Below are positions 39,754-48,871 of a stretch of DNA of 64,000 nucleotides, in pieces. Source of the DNA: Planctomycetota bacterium (GTDB lineage Bacteria > Planctomycetota > B15-G4 > SIAN01); assembly GCA_031409275.1 (NCBI GenBank), contig JANNXA010000034.1, positions 96,001 to 160,000 of the forward strand. The letters are read 5' to 3'. The notes beneath the pieces are model-generated. The model was not told the DNA's origin, did not search any database, and saw only the letters and a program-made list of their open reading frames with translations. The number at the start of each line of letters is the position of its first letter. The first letter of the stretch is position 1. Made by a program: the position numbers and the translations under genes.

Positions 39754-41676
39754 ATGGCGTCGACTGCGCCGGAGAGGACGCGCTCGCTTGTCTTGCTGAT
39801 TCCCGTCGCCATGGCGTGCGGCGTGGTGTGGTTCATCGAGTCGATGCTGGAGGACGGTCCACCGCGGGTCGTGCGCCCGGTCGCGAGCTTGGTCTCCACG
39901 TTGCGCGAAGCCGACGCGATGGCTGGCGCAGGCGCCGCGCGCGACGGCTCTGCGCCACTTGTGGAGCCGGACGCGGCACGCAAGCAGGAGACTCCCGTCG
40001 CCGATCCGCTCCGACCGCTCGATCCGCGCGAGGAGCGGCTGCGCGAACAGGCGGGCCGCGTGACGCTTTGCGGGCTCGTGCTTTCGCCCGCCGGTGAGCC
40101 GGTCGCCGGCGCGAAGCTCTTCGTCGACGGAGAACTGGTGGGTCGCAGCGACGCGCGCGGCGCCTATCGGATCGAGTTCGCGCACGATGTGCTCGGTGAC
40201 TCCGCTGCCATCGCGGCGATCGCCGAATCGGTCGGCTCGTGCGTCGTCCGTCTCCAAGGTCCCGGCCGCCGGCTCGACTTGACGCTCGAGACCGGCCACG
40301 TCGTTGAAGGGCGGACGGTCGAGTGGCGCGGCGGCGCGCCGGTGGCCGGCGCGACGGTCGACCTGCTGGCGCGCGATCTGGGCAGCGGCACGGGCGAGAG
40401 CTGCTTCGCGTTGACGGCCCGCTCCGACGCATCCGGCGCTTTCCGTTTCGCCGCGATTCCGGACGGCCCGATCGAGCTGCGTGCGCGCGCGCCGGCCGCC
40501 GACACGCTCGCGTTCCGGCCCTATCGGCTCGTCGACGATGCGGCCGCGACTCGCATCGATCTCGAGCTGCGCCGCCGCGTCGCGCTGTGCGGTCGCTTCG
40601 ACCCGTGGCCGCCGCGCGGCTTCGTCAGCGCAGCGCCGCGCGAGGTGCGCGCCTGGACGAGTAGCGGCGGTTCGCGCTGGTTCGACGGCCGCGACTTCCG
40701 TGCGCCGATCGACGGCGACGGCCGCTTCGAGCTGCTGCTGCCGGAGTACGCGAGCTACTCGCTCGCGCTGGCGGCCGGCGACGAGGCGCTCTGGTGCGAG
40801 ACGTGGCCGCTGCCGCCTGACGCCGCGCCGGTCGACCTCGGCCGCATCGCGTTGGGCGAGCCGACGACGCTGGCCGGCCAGCTCGACGTGCCGTCGGAGG
40901 TCGCGGCGCTCGGCGTCGTCGTGCGGGGCCACGCGCAGTGCGGCGAGGCGTCGATCGAGTTCGAGCGGCGCTGCGCTGCCGACGGGAGCTTCTCGATCGG
41001 CCCCTATCCGCTGGAGCGCGTCGAGTTCGAGCTGGTCTGCCGCCACCGCGTGCTCCACCGCGCCGAGCCGCTCGAACTGCGCCGCGGCGACGGTCGGTTC
41101 GACCTCGGGCTCCTCGACGGGCTGCCGAGCTGGTTCGGTCGGGTCGTCGACGAGTCGGGGCGGCCGTTCGCGCATGCCAGCGTGGTGCTGGAGGAGGGCG
41201 GCAAGTCGGTGCGGCCGATGGTGGAGTGCGACGGCGACGGCGTCTTCTGGTTCAACGCGGGCGCGGAGCTCGCGGCGGACGCCGCAGCGCCTCCGACGCT
41301 CGTCGTCACCGCGCGCGGTCTCGCGGCGCATCGCTTCCCGGTCGCCGTTCCCGCCACCGCCGTCGCGCGGCTGCCCGATCTGGTGGTGCGTAGCGAACCA
41401 ACGCTGCGGGTCGGTGGCGTCGTGCGCGAGGCGGATGGCACGCCGATCCTGGGTGCGCTCGTTACGCTCGGCTACGCCTCGCTCGAGGAGGTGCGCGACG
41501 TGACCGGCGTCGACGGCCGCTTCGAGTTCCGCGGGCTCGTGGTCGAAGGCGCGCGTTCGTGGCCGGTCGTCGTCGAGCTGCCGGATGGGCGCTCGTTCGA
41601 GCCGCCGCCACTCACGGCGGCGGAGCGCGAGCTCGAGTGGCACGCGCCGTCGCGCGATTCGTCGGAGTCGCGCTGA
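39754..41676 (+). CDS. Membrane-anchored carboxypeptidase-regulatory-like repeat protein, paralogue A
   Basis: AAGGAG RBS; TM; repeats of GxVxxxxGxPVAGAxV...SDAxGxF. Confidence 0.72.
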   Translation: MASTAPERTRSLVLLIPVAMACGVVWFIESMLEDGPPRVVRPVASLVSTLREADAMAGAGAARDGSAPLVEPDAARKQETPVADPLRPLDPREERLREQAGRVTLCGLVLSPAGEPVAGAKLFVDGELVGRSDARGAYRIEFAHDVLGDSAAIAAIAESVGSCVVRLQGPGRRLDLTLETGHVVEGRTVEWRGGAPVAGATVDLLARDLGSGTGESCFALTARSDASGAFRFAAIPDGPIELRARAPAADTLAFRPYRLVDDAAATRIDLELRRRVALCGRFDPWPPRGFVSAAPREVRAWTSSGGSRWFDGRDFRAPIDGDGRFELLLPEYASYSLALAAGDEALWCETWPLPPDAAPVDLGRIALGEPTTLAGQLDVPSEVAALGVVVRGHAQCGEASIEFERRCAADGSFSIGPYPLERVEFELVCRHRVLHRAEPLELRRGDGRFDLGLLDGLPSWFGRVVDESGRPFAHASVVLEEGGKSVRPMVECDGDGVFWFNAGAELAADAAAPPTLVVTARGLAAHRFPVAVPATAVARLPDLVVRSEPTLRVGGVVREADGTPILGALVTLGYASLEEVRDVTGVDGRFEFRGLVVEGARSWPVVVELPDGRSFEPPPLTAAERELEWHAPSRDSSESR

Positions 41677-43625
41677 TGGCCCGCGCCCGCGCGGCGGTCG
41701 CGCTCTTCGCTCTGCTCCTCGTCGTGATCGGCGGCGGCGCGTGGTGGCTGCTCGATCGCGAGAGCCGTTGCCTGCCGAAGCTGCCGCCGCTCCTCGATTC
41801 GAGCCGCACGGAGCGGCCGGGCACCGCGCGACGCGATGGCGCGTTGGAGGACGCGGTCGATGCGCCACCCGACGACGACGGTGCTTCGACTGCACAGCGC
41901 GCCGCGGTCGACCGCTCGCCGCTCGAGCTGCCGGCCGACGACGAACTCGCGGCGCTCGAGTCGCGCGGGCGGCTCTTGCTGGCGGGGCGGGTGATCGACT
42001 TCGACGGGGCGCCCTGTCCCGACGCGGTGTTGTGGCATCGCGGCGCGGTGATCGGACGCAGTGATGCGGAGGGGCGCTACCGCGTCGAGGTCGATCGACT
42101 CGGTTGGTGGGTGCGGGGCAGCGGCGCGAGCGAGGCGCTGGCGGCGGTGAAGGAGGGGGTGGGTTCCGGGGCGATCGATGTCGGCGACGTCTCGCGTCAG
42201 GTCGACCTGCCCCTGCAGTGGCGCGCGCGCTTCGGCGGCACCACGGTCGAGATCGACACCGATCGACTCGTGCCCGACGCGACGGTCGAGCTGCTCGCCT
42301 TCGACGCCTACGGCTTCCCGATCTATCCGATCTTCCGGCTGACCACACGCTCCGATGCAAACGGCGCGTTCGAGTTCCTCGGCGTTCCGCCGCACGGCGT
42401 GGCGCTGCGCGCCGAGTCGGAGTCGCACGCGTCGGCCGGCTGGTTCAGCTGCGACACCCGCGATGGAGAAGACCACCTCGCAGTGCCGTTCCGGATGATG
42501 CGCCGCGTGCACGTGCGCGGCTGGTTCGTGCCGCCGCCGCCGGCCGGCGCGCGCCTCGTTCTCCTGCCGGACCTGCAAGGCGAGGTGGCACGCGAGCTCG
42601 AGAAGTTCGAGGCGGCGATCGATGGCGAGGGGCGCTTCGACTTCCAGGTCGCGGCGTCGATGGACTGCGGCGTCCGGTTGCAGATCGACGATGCGCCGCT
42701 CTGGAGCGGCAAGTTCGAGGTGCCGATCGACGCCTTCGAGGTCGACCTTGGGCGGATCGAGGTGGCGGAGCCGGGCGCGCTCGAGGTGGAGGTTTCGTTG
42801 CCCGACGAGGTGCTCGAGCTCGGGCTCGAGGTGCGGCTGCAGACGGGGCGCCACGAGTTCGGCGAGCTGCGTCGGCCGATCGGCCGCGATGGGCGCGCGC
42901 GGATCGAGCGGCTCGCCCCGTGCGCGTACTCGCTCCAGGTCGTCTTCGGTAGCTGGTATTCGCTGGAGCAGGACGAGCTGCCACCGCTGCTTCCCGGCGA
43001 AACGCGCCGCTGGCGACTCGCGGGGCCGGAGGCGGGCGAGCTCTGGATCGTTGGGCGTGTCACCGACCCCGATGGCACGCCCGCAGTGGGCGTCGACTTG
43101 CGGATGCTCGTCCCCTACGAAGGCGCCGCGTACGAACTGCGAGCCGGCGCGATCAGTGACGCGGCCGGGCGGTTCGCTCTCGTCGCCGAAGCGCGTGGCG
43201 CCGACGCCTTCGTCGCGCCCGGCCGGTCAATCGAACTCCTCGCGCGCGGTCGGCGCGGGGTGCGCCATCTCGAAGTCGCGAGCGCGCTGCCGGCGGCGGG
43301 CGCGGTGCGACGGCTCGACGTCGTGTTGGAGCCGGGCGCGCGCCTCGCGGGCCGGGTCGTGAACGCCGCCGGAGCGCCGGTCGGCGACGTGGCTCTCACG
43401 ATCGCACCCGCCGAACTCGCGGCCGAGGACGTGCGCTTCTTCGCGATCGATTTCATCGCCGCCAACGACGGCACCTTCCGCGTCGACGGCCTCGAGGCGC
43501 GCGACCATCGCGTCTGGCTCGACACGCGCCGCGGCCGGATCGAAGTGGGCCGCATCGAACGCGCCGCGATCGTGTCGGGCAGCGCGCCCGTGACGCTGAA
43601 CCTGCCCGCGAATTGGAACGAGTGA
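41676..43625 (+). CDS. Membrane-anchored carboxypeptidase-regulatory-like repeat protein, paralogue B
   Basis: TGATG coupling; TM; GRVIDFDGAP, GRVTDPDGTP, GRVVNAAGAP repeats. Confidence 0.72.
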   Translation: MARARAAVALFALLLVVIGGGAWWLLDRESRCLPKLPPLLDSSRTERPGTARRDGALEDAVDAPPDDDGASTAQRAAVDRSPLELPADDELAALESRGRLLLAGRVIDFDGAPCPDAVLWHRGAVIGRSDAEGRYRVEVDRLGWWVRGSGASEALAAVKEGVGSGAIDVGDVSRQVDLPLQWRARFGGTTVEIDTDRLVPDATVELLAFDAYGFPIYPIFRLTTRSDANGAFEFLGVPPHGVALRAESESHASAGWFSCDTRDGEDHLAVPFRMMRRVHVRGWFVPPPPAGARLVLLPDLQGEVARELEKFEAAIDGEGRFDFQVAASMDCGVRLQIDDAPLWSGKFEVPIDAFEVDLGRIEVAEPGALEVEVSLPDEVLELGLEVRLQTGRHEFGELRRPIGRDGRARIERLAPCAYSLQVVFGSWYSLEQDELPPLLPGETRRWRLAGPEAGELWIVGRVTDPDGTPAVGVDLRMLVPYEGAAYELRAGAISDAAGRFALVAEARGADAFVAPGRSIELLARGRRGVRHLEVASALPAAGAVRRLDVVLEPGARLAGRVVNAAGAPVGDVALTIAPAELAAEDVRFFAIDFIAANDGTFRVDGLEARDHRVWLDTRRGRIEVGRIERAAIVSGSAPVTLNLPANWNE

Positions 43626-45550
43626 TGGGAGCGCAGGCGACACGGCGACCGCTCGGCAGTTCGCGGCTCTGGCTTGTCATGGTGGGTGTGCTGGCGGTCG
43701 TCGCTTTCGTCGCGCGGGTCGTGTGGCGCATGCGGTCGCAGCCGATGCTCGTTGCGCTTCCGATCGAGAGCGTCTCCTCGCCAACGCGGCTTGACGCTTC
43801 GCCCGCGGTCGCGCCGCCGGCGACGCGCGACGCGGCGCGGCCCTCGCTGCTCGAGCTGCCAGGAAGCGACGAGCTCGCGGCTCTCGAGTCGCGCGGGCAG
43901 TTGCTGTTGGCGGGGCGCGTGCTCGACTTCGATGGCGCGCCATGTCCCGGAGCGACGCTCTGGTGCAACGGCGAGCAGGTCGCGACGTGCGATGCCGCCG
44001 GCGCCTACCGCGTCGAGCTCGCCAACCCTCTCGGCTCGTTCGTCGTTTCGCGCCACAGCGGGCGGATCCACGCGGTGCAGCCGGGGGTCGGCGCCGGGAT
44101 GGCGCGCCTCGGTGAACGCAGCGGCGTCCTCGATGTGCCGCTGCTCTGGCGGGCGCGGCTGCGCGGCACCTCCATCGAGGCGGCGACGAAACGGCCGGTC
44201 GGGGGCGTGTCGATCGAGTTGCTGGCCATGGCCGATTCGAGTGATCGACCCGACTGGTCGCTGTCCACGACGGCCGATGAAGCAGGGCGCTTCGAGTTCG
44301 TCGGACTGCCGCCCTTCCGAGTGGCGCTGCGCGCGATGAAGTCGCCGCTCGCCACCGCCGGTTGGCAGCTGCTCGATACGAGCGATGGCGGCGATTCCCT
44401 CGACTTCGAGCTCCTGCTGCACGCTTTGGTGCGGTTGCGCGGCCGCTTCGTCCCGTGGCCGCCGCCACTCGACCCGGCGCAAACGGCGACGGCGCGGCTG
44501 GTCGTGCTGCCGGCGGCCAGCTCGCTGTCGACGAGCGTCGAGCAGTGGAGCGTGCCGCTCGCCGCCGACGGTTCGTTCGACTGCAAGGTCTCGCGCACCT
44601 TCAATGCGGCGCTCTCGCTGGCGGTCGACGGCGGCGTGCTCTGGCACGGCAATCGGCACATCGAAGGCGAAGCGCTGGAGATCGACCTCGGGCGCATCGA
44701 TCTCGTCGCGCCGGCAGCCATCGATCTGCAGGTCGACCTGCCGAGCGAACTGCTCGAACTCGGCGCGATCGCGACGCTGCGCGAGGTCAGCGGATCGGGC
44801 GGGCCGTGGCATGCGCCGATCGGTCGCGACGGCCGCGCCCGCTTCGCACCGCTCGACCCGCGCCAGTTCCAGATCGCCGTGCAATTGGGCGAAACCAGCA
44901 GCTTCTTCCATTCGGGCGACATCGATCGGCTGCGACCCGGCGAGCAGCGCGCGCTGCGCCTCGGCGGGACGCCGCCGCGCGTGGGCGGCCTGCAGCTGGC
45001 GGGGCGCGTGGTCGATGGCGACGGCGCGCCGGCGGTAGGAGTGCAGCTCGTGCTCGTCGTTCCGATCGAGGGGCAGCCGGCGGTGCTCAGCGCGACCAGC
45101 GATCGGCACGGCGTCTACTGCTTCCCGTCGCGTGTCTGGAGCAAGCAGGCGGTGCTGGAACGCGGCGCTTCGATCGAGCTGCTCGCGCGCGGCCGCTGCG
45201 GGTTCGCGCGCGTCGCGCTCGAGTCGGCGCTGCCGGCGCAATGGAGCGCGCGGCGCATCGACGTGACGCTCGCAGCGGGCTGGTCGTTGCGCGGTGTCGT
45301 CGTCGATGCGGCGGGAGCGCCGCTCGCGAACGCGACGCTCGAGCTGCGGCCGGTCGGCGCCGATCGCATCGACCACGAGGCGGGGCCGATCGAGGTCGAA
45401 CTCAACTCACGCGGTGCCTTCGACAGCGACGCCCTCGAGCCGCGTGACTACATCGCCCGCATCCGCGGCGCGCACGACTGGATCGAGCTTGGTCTCGTGC
45501 GGCCGGGCGTAGCGCCGATCTCGCTGCGGCTACCGGCCGAGGCGCCTTAG
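43625..45550 (+). CDS. Membrane-anchored carboxypeptidase-regulatory-like repeat protein, paralogue C
   Basis: TGATG coupling; collinear with paralogue B (DELAALESRGxLLLAGRVxDFDGAPCP). Confidence 0.72.
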   Translation: MGAQATRRPLGSSRLWLVMVGVLAVVAFVARVVWRMRSQPMLVALPIESVSSPTRLDASPAVAPPATRDAARPSLLELPGSDELAALESRGQLLLAGRVLDFDGAPCPGATLWCNGEQVATCDAAGAYRVELANPLGSFVVSRHSGRIHAVQPGVGAGMARLGERSGVLDVPLLWRARLRGTSIEAATKRPVGGVSIELLAMADSSDRPDWSLSTTADEAGRFEFVGLPPFRVALRAMKSPLATAGWQLLDTSDGGDSLDFELLLHALVRLRGRFVPWPPPLDPAQTATARLVVLPAASSLSTSVEQWSVPLAADGSFDCKVSRTFNAALSLAVDGGVLWHGNRHIEGEALEIDLGRIDLVAPAAIDLQVDLPSELLELGAIATLREVSGSGGPWHAPIGRDGRARFAPLDPRQFQIAVQLGETSSFFHSGDIDRLRPGEQRALRLGGTPPRVGGLQLAGRVVDGDGAPAVGVQLVLVVPIEGQPAVLSATSDRHGVYCFPSRVWSKQAVLERGASIELLARGRCGFARVALESALPAQWSARRIDVTLAAGWSLRGVVVDAAGAPLANATLELRPVGADRIDHEAGPIEVELNSRGAFDSDALEPRDYIARIRGAHDWIELGLVRPGVAPISLRLPAEAP

Positions 45551-45592
45551 GCGATCTCGCGGCGCGCGCTCCGCTGCCGTCAGCCTTGCCCC

Positions 45593-46459
45593 TCACCCCG
45601 CCGCCGGCGCCTTGCTCCGCACCACCAGCGTCGTGCCCATCACGATGACCGCGCCCGAGACGACCATCGCGAGCGTCACCGGCTCGCGCAGGAAGAGAGC
45701 GCCCCACAGCACGCCGAAGAGCGGCACGAGGAAGGTGACGGTGGTGGCGCGCGAGGCGCCGATGCGGTTCAGCAGCCTGAAATAGAGCAGGTAGGCGAGT
45801 CCGGTGCAGACGACGCCCAGCACCGCGCCGCAGCCAAGCGCGCGCAGCGACGGCGTCGCGGTTGGCCAGTTCGCCACTCCGAACGGCAGCAGCAGCAGCG
45901 TGCTGGCCATCAGGCTCGCGGCCGAGATGGTGATCGGCGGCATCCCGGCGAAGCGCCGCTTCGCGTGGTGGGCGGCGCAGCCGTAGAGCAGCGCCGCACA
46001 GAGTCCGGCGGCGACGGCGCCCTGGCCCGCGCGACCGTCGAGCTTCGGCCACGCCAGCGCCAGCACGCCGCCGAAGCCGACGACGAGCCCGATCGTCTTG
46101 ATCCGCGGCAGCCGATCGCGCCAGATCGCGAAGCCGAGCAGCGCGACGAAGAGCGGCACCGTTGCGTTCAGCACCGAAGCGAAGCCGGCCGGCAGCGTCT
46201 TCGAGGCCCACGCGAACAGGCAGAACGGCACCGCCGAGTTGATGGCGCCGAAGAGCGCGAGCTCGAGCCAGCGGCCGCGCGCCGCGCGCAGGTCGCCGCG
46301 CGCGATCGCCACCGCCGCGAGCACGGCCGCCGCCACGCCGACGCGGATCGTGATCAGCGGGATCGCGCCGAGTTCGGGCGCGGCGACGCGCATGAAGAGG
46401 AACGACGCGCCCCAGATCGCGCCGAGCAGCACCAGCATCAGCCGGTCGCCCGCGCTCAT
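45593..46459 (-). CDS. DMT/EamA family transporter
   Basis: IWGASFLFMR, about 10 TM helices, two EamA repeats (TFLVPLFGVLWGALFLRE). Confidence 0.92.
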   Translation of the reverse strand: MSAGDRLMLVLLGAIWGASFLFMRVAAPELGAIPLITIRVGVAAAVLAAVAIARGDLRAARGRWLELALFGAINSAVPFCLFAWASKTLPAGFASVLNATVPLFVALLGFAIWRDRLPRIKTIGLVVGFGGVLALAWPKLDGRAGQGAVAAGLCAALLYGCAAHHAKRRFAGMPPITISAASLMASTLLLLPFGVANWPTATPSLRALGCGAVLGVVCTGLAYLLYFRLLNRIGASRATTVTFLVPLFGVLWGALFLREPVTLAMVVSGAVIVMGTTLVVRSKAPAAG

Positions 46460-46935
46460 CGGCCCGTCTCCGGCGCCGACACGGCAGCAAGCGGCAGCTT
46501 CGAATGCTCCTTCGCCGTCGCCAGCACGATCGTGGTGCGCGTGTGGGTGATGCCTTTGATCGGCTTGATCTGCTGGTTCAGCAGGCGCGCGAGGTCGTCG
46601 GTGTCGCGCGCGCGCAGCTTGAGCAGGAAGCAGTCGTCACCAACGACTTGATGGACCTCGAGCACCTCGGGGATCGCGGCGAGCGCTGGGCCGAGCGCGT
46701 CGCTCGTGCGCGCTCCCTCGACGCCGACCGAGACGAACGCGGTCAACCCGAAGCCGCAGGCGCGCGGGGCGAGGCGCGCGGTGTAGCCCTCGATCACGCC
46801 GCGCTGCTCGAGCTTGCGGATGCGCTCGAGGATGGCGGAGGGAGCCATGTCGAGTTGGCGGGCGATCTCGGCGTTGGCGACGCGGGCGTCGCTCTGCAAT
46901 GCCGCCAAGATGGCGAGGTCGGCTGAATCGAACAT
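46456..46935 (-). CDS. Lrp/AsnC family transcriptional regulator
   Basis: DLAILAALQSDAR..AEIARQL..RIRKLEQRGVIEGY HTH; EVHQVVGDDCFLLK RAM domain. Confidence 0.94.
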   Translation of the reverse strand: MFDSADLAILAALQSDARVANAEIARQLDMAPSAILERIRKLEQRGVIEGYTARLAPRACGFGLTAFVSVGVEGARTSDALGPALAAIPEVLEVHQVVGDDCFLLKLRARDTDDLARLLNQQIKPIKGITHTRTTIVLATAKEHSKLPLAAVSAPETGR

Positions 46936-46991
46936 TGTTCGTCCAAGGTTCGTGAACTGAGTCGAATGATCGTGCTCCTACGATCTTCAGA

Positions 46992-47006
46992 GAATGAAGT
47001 TCATTC
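46992..47006. promoter_or_regulatory. Candidate Lrp/AsnC-type operator palindrome upstream of the lrp-eamA operon
   Basis: Perfect GAATGAA-G-TTCATTC inverted repeat in an AT-rich intergenic region. Confidence 0.5.
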
Positions 47007-47083
47007 GATGAGGATCGGATTCAGATCAATATCGGGCGCCTCGCGTTCGACAACCTCGCCGGCGCGGACCACAATGCGCGTCG

Positions 47084-47413
47084 ATGATCCTCGCCGCGGA
47101 TGAAGACACCGATGGCCGGCGCCCACGCTGGACCGTCTATCTCCTCGCGTCCCCGACTCGCACCTACGTCGGCGTCACCACCGATGTGCGGCGGCGCCTC
47201 GCGCAGCACAACGGGACCGTCGCTGGCGGAGCGCGCTCGACGCGGGCGGGACGGCCGTGGCGGGTGGCCGCGAAGTGGGGACCGTTCGCGTCGCGCGGAG
47301 AGGCGCTCAAGATCGAGTACCAGTTGAAGCAGCGGCCCGCACGCGAGCGGCGGCGCTGGAAGAGCGGCACGCTGCCAGCGGCGGCGGGCGACGCCGCGCG
47401 ACCGGGATCGTGA
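47084..47413 (+). CDS. GIY-YIG nuclease (SLX1/UPF0213-like)
   Basis: VYLL..TYVGVTTDVRRRLAQHNG...GGARST...RPW...ALKIE. Confidence 0.85.
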   Translation: MILAADEDTDGRRPRWTVYLLASPTRTYVGVTTDVRRRLAQHNGTVAGGARSTRAGRPWRVAAKWGPFASRGEALKIEYQLKQRPARERRRWKSGTLPAAAGDAARPGS

Positions 47414-47423
47414 ACGACACGAG

Positions 47424-48785
47424 CTAACGCCGCGTGTCGCCGAGCGGGATGAACTCGCCGAGCAGGTCGTCGAGCTTGCAGCACTTCGCGTCGGCGGGAT
47501 CGTGGTCGAGGTGCGCGAGCGCCGTCTCGGCGAGCTCCTTCATCGCGACATGGGTCTCGGCGCCGGCCAGCTTGGCGAGCGTGTCGCGGCAGTGTTCGTG
47601 GCGACCGCGACCGACCGCGTAGACGGCGCACGCGCGCGCCAGCGTGACGCGATCGTTCAGCGCCTTCTCGAGGATCGCGTCGAGCTCGGGGGTCGAGACC
47701 ATCGAACCCATGCCGATCAGCGCGTGGCCGCGAATGTTCTGGTCGTTGCCTTTCGACTTCTTCACCAGCAGCTCGCGGATGGCGCCATCGCGCGGTCCGC
47801 AAGCGGCGAGCGCGCGCAGCACGCGGCCCTGGTCATTGCCGGTCAGCGACGGCAGCAGCTTCTTCAGCGGCTCCTTGGCGTCGGGCAACGCCACTTTTCG
47901 CAGCGCATCGACGGCGGCCAGCGCGACGTACTCGTTGCGCTCCTTCGTCACCGCCAGCAGCGGCTCGAGCACGGTGTAGTCGCCCGAAAGCGCCAGCGAC
48001 TCGATGACGGCGACGCGGGTCGCATCGTCGTCGCCTTTCTTCACGTAGTCGAACAGCCGTGCGCGTGCCGCTTCGCTCCCGAGGTCGTGGATCTGCTTCA
48101 GGAACTCGTCCTTGCGCCAGCTGCGCGCCTTCTGCGCTTCGGCGAGGAGTTCGGTGACGCGCGTCGCTTCGACCTTCGCCTCGGGGCTGTCGGCGGCCGG
48201 CGCCGAATGGGCGCGCAGCGCTCGATCGAGGAACTGGAGCAGTTCGGGCAGCGGGAGCTGCCACGCGCGGCGCGCCAGCACGCGCCCTTCGCCCGTGCAG
48301 ACGACGTGCTGCGGCGTGATCGCTTCGCCGCCGCCGAAGAGTTCCGCGGCCGCCTTCGTCGCGCATTGCTTGTGGTCGGAGCAGCTGCCGCCGCCGAAGC
48401 GCTCGCAATGGAGTCCGCTCGCCTCATCCGCGGTCTCGGTGTGGACGGTCGCGCTGGCGATGACACAGACGAAGGCACCTGACTTGGCGACCAGCTTCTC
48501 TTCGCGATAGAGCTTGGCGGCCGCGAGGCTGGTCGTGTCATCGTCGGAATCGAAGGCGACGAAGATCGGCTTCTTCTCGTCCCGCGCGCGGCGCAACGCT
48601 TCCGGCCAGCTCGACAGCCAGTCGATGGTGGGGGCCGCTGGAGCAGGCGCAGGTGGGGCGGGTGGCGCTGCCGGCTCGGGAGCGCTCTGCGCGGCACGGG
48701 TCACTGGCGCGAGGAAGAACGGCGCGATCGAGGCGCAAAGCGCGAACAGAAGAGCGCTTCGCGCATGCATGAACGGTGGTTTCAT
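47424..48785 (-). CDS. Exported thioredoxin-like fold (no CxxC) plus HEAT-repeat protein
   Basis: GGAG RBS; IDWLSSWPEALRRARDEKKPIFVAF thioredoxin-like N-domain, TPQH cis-Pro-like motif, C-terminal HEAT repeats. Confidence 0.7.
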   Translation of the reverse strand: MKPPFMHARSALLFALCASIAPFFLAPVTRAAQSAPEPAAPPAPPAPAPAAPTIDWLSSWPEALRRARDEKKPIFVAFDSDDDTTSLAAAKLYREEKLVAKSGAFVCVIASATVHTETADEASGLHCERFGGGSCSDHKQCATKAAAELFGGGEAITPQHVVCTGEGRVLARRAWQLPLPELLQFLDRALRAHSAPAADSPEAKVEATRVTELLAEAQKARSWRKDEFLKQIHDLGSEAARARLFDYVKKGDDDATRVAVIESLALSGDYTVLEPLLAVTKERNEYVALAAVDALRKVALPDAKEPLKKLLPSLTGNDQGRVLRALAACGPRDGAIRELLVKKSKGNDQNIRGHALIGMGSMVSTPELDAILEKALNDRVTLARACAVYAVGRGRHEHCRDTLAKLAGAETHVAMKELAETALAHLDHDPADAKCCKLDDLLGEFIPLGDTRR

Positions 48786-48871
48786 CGCAACTCCCTGCGC
48801 ATGCGCCGCGCACTCATTGCGCCGCCGCTTGGCTTCGTCTTTGATCCCGCGCCCTTTCGACCGAGTCGACC

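Noticed and set aside
47084..47413. GIY-YIG protein as a homing endonuclease or mobile element
   Set aside because: Short standalone SLX1/UPF0213-like domain with no intron, terminal repeats or DNA-binding extension seen
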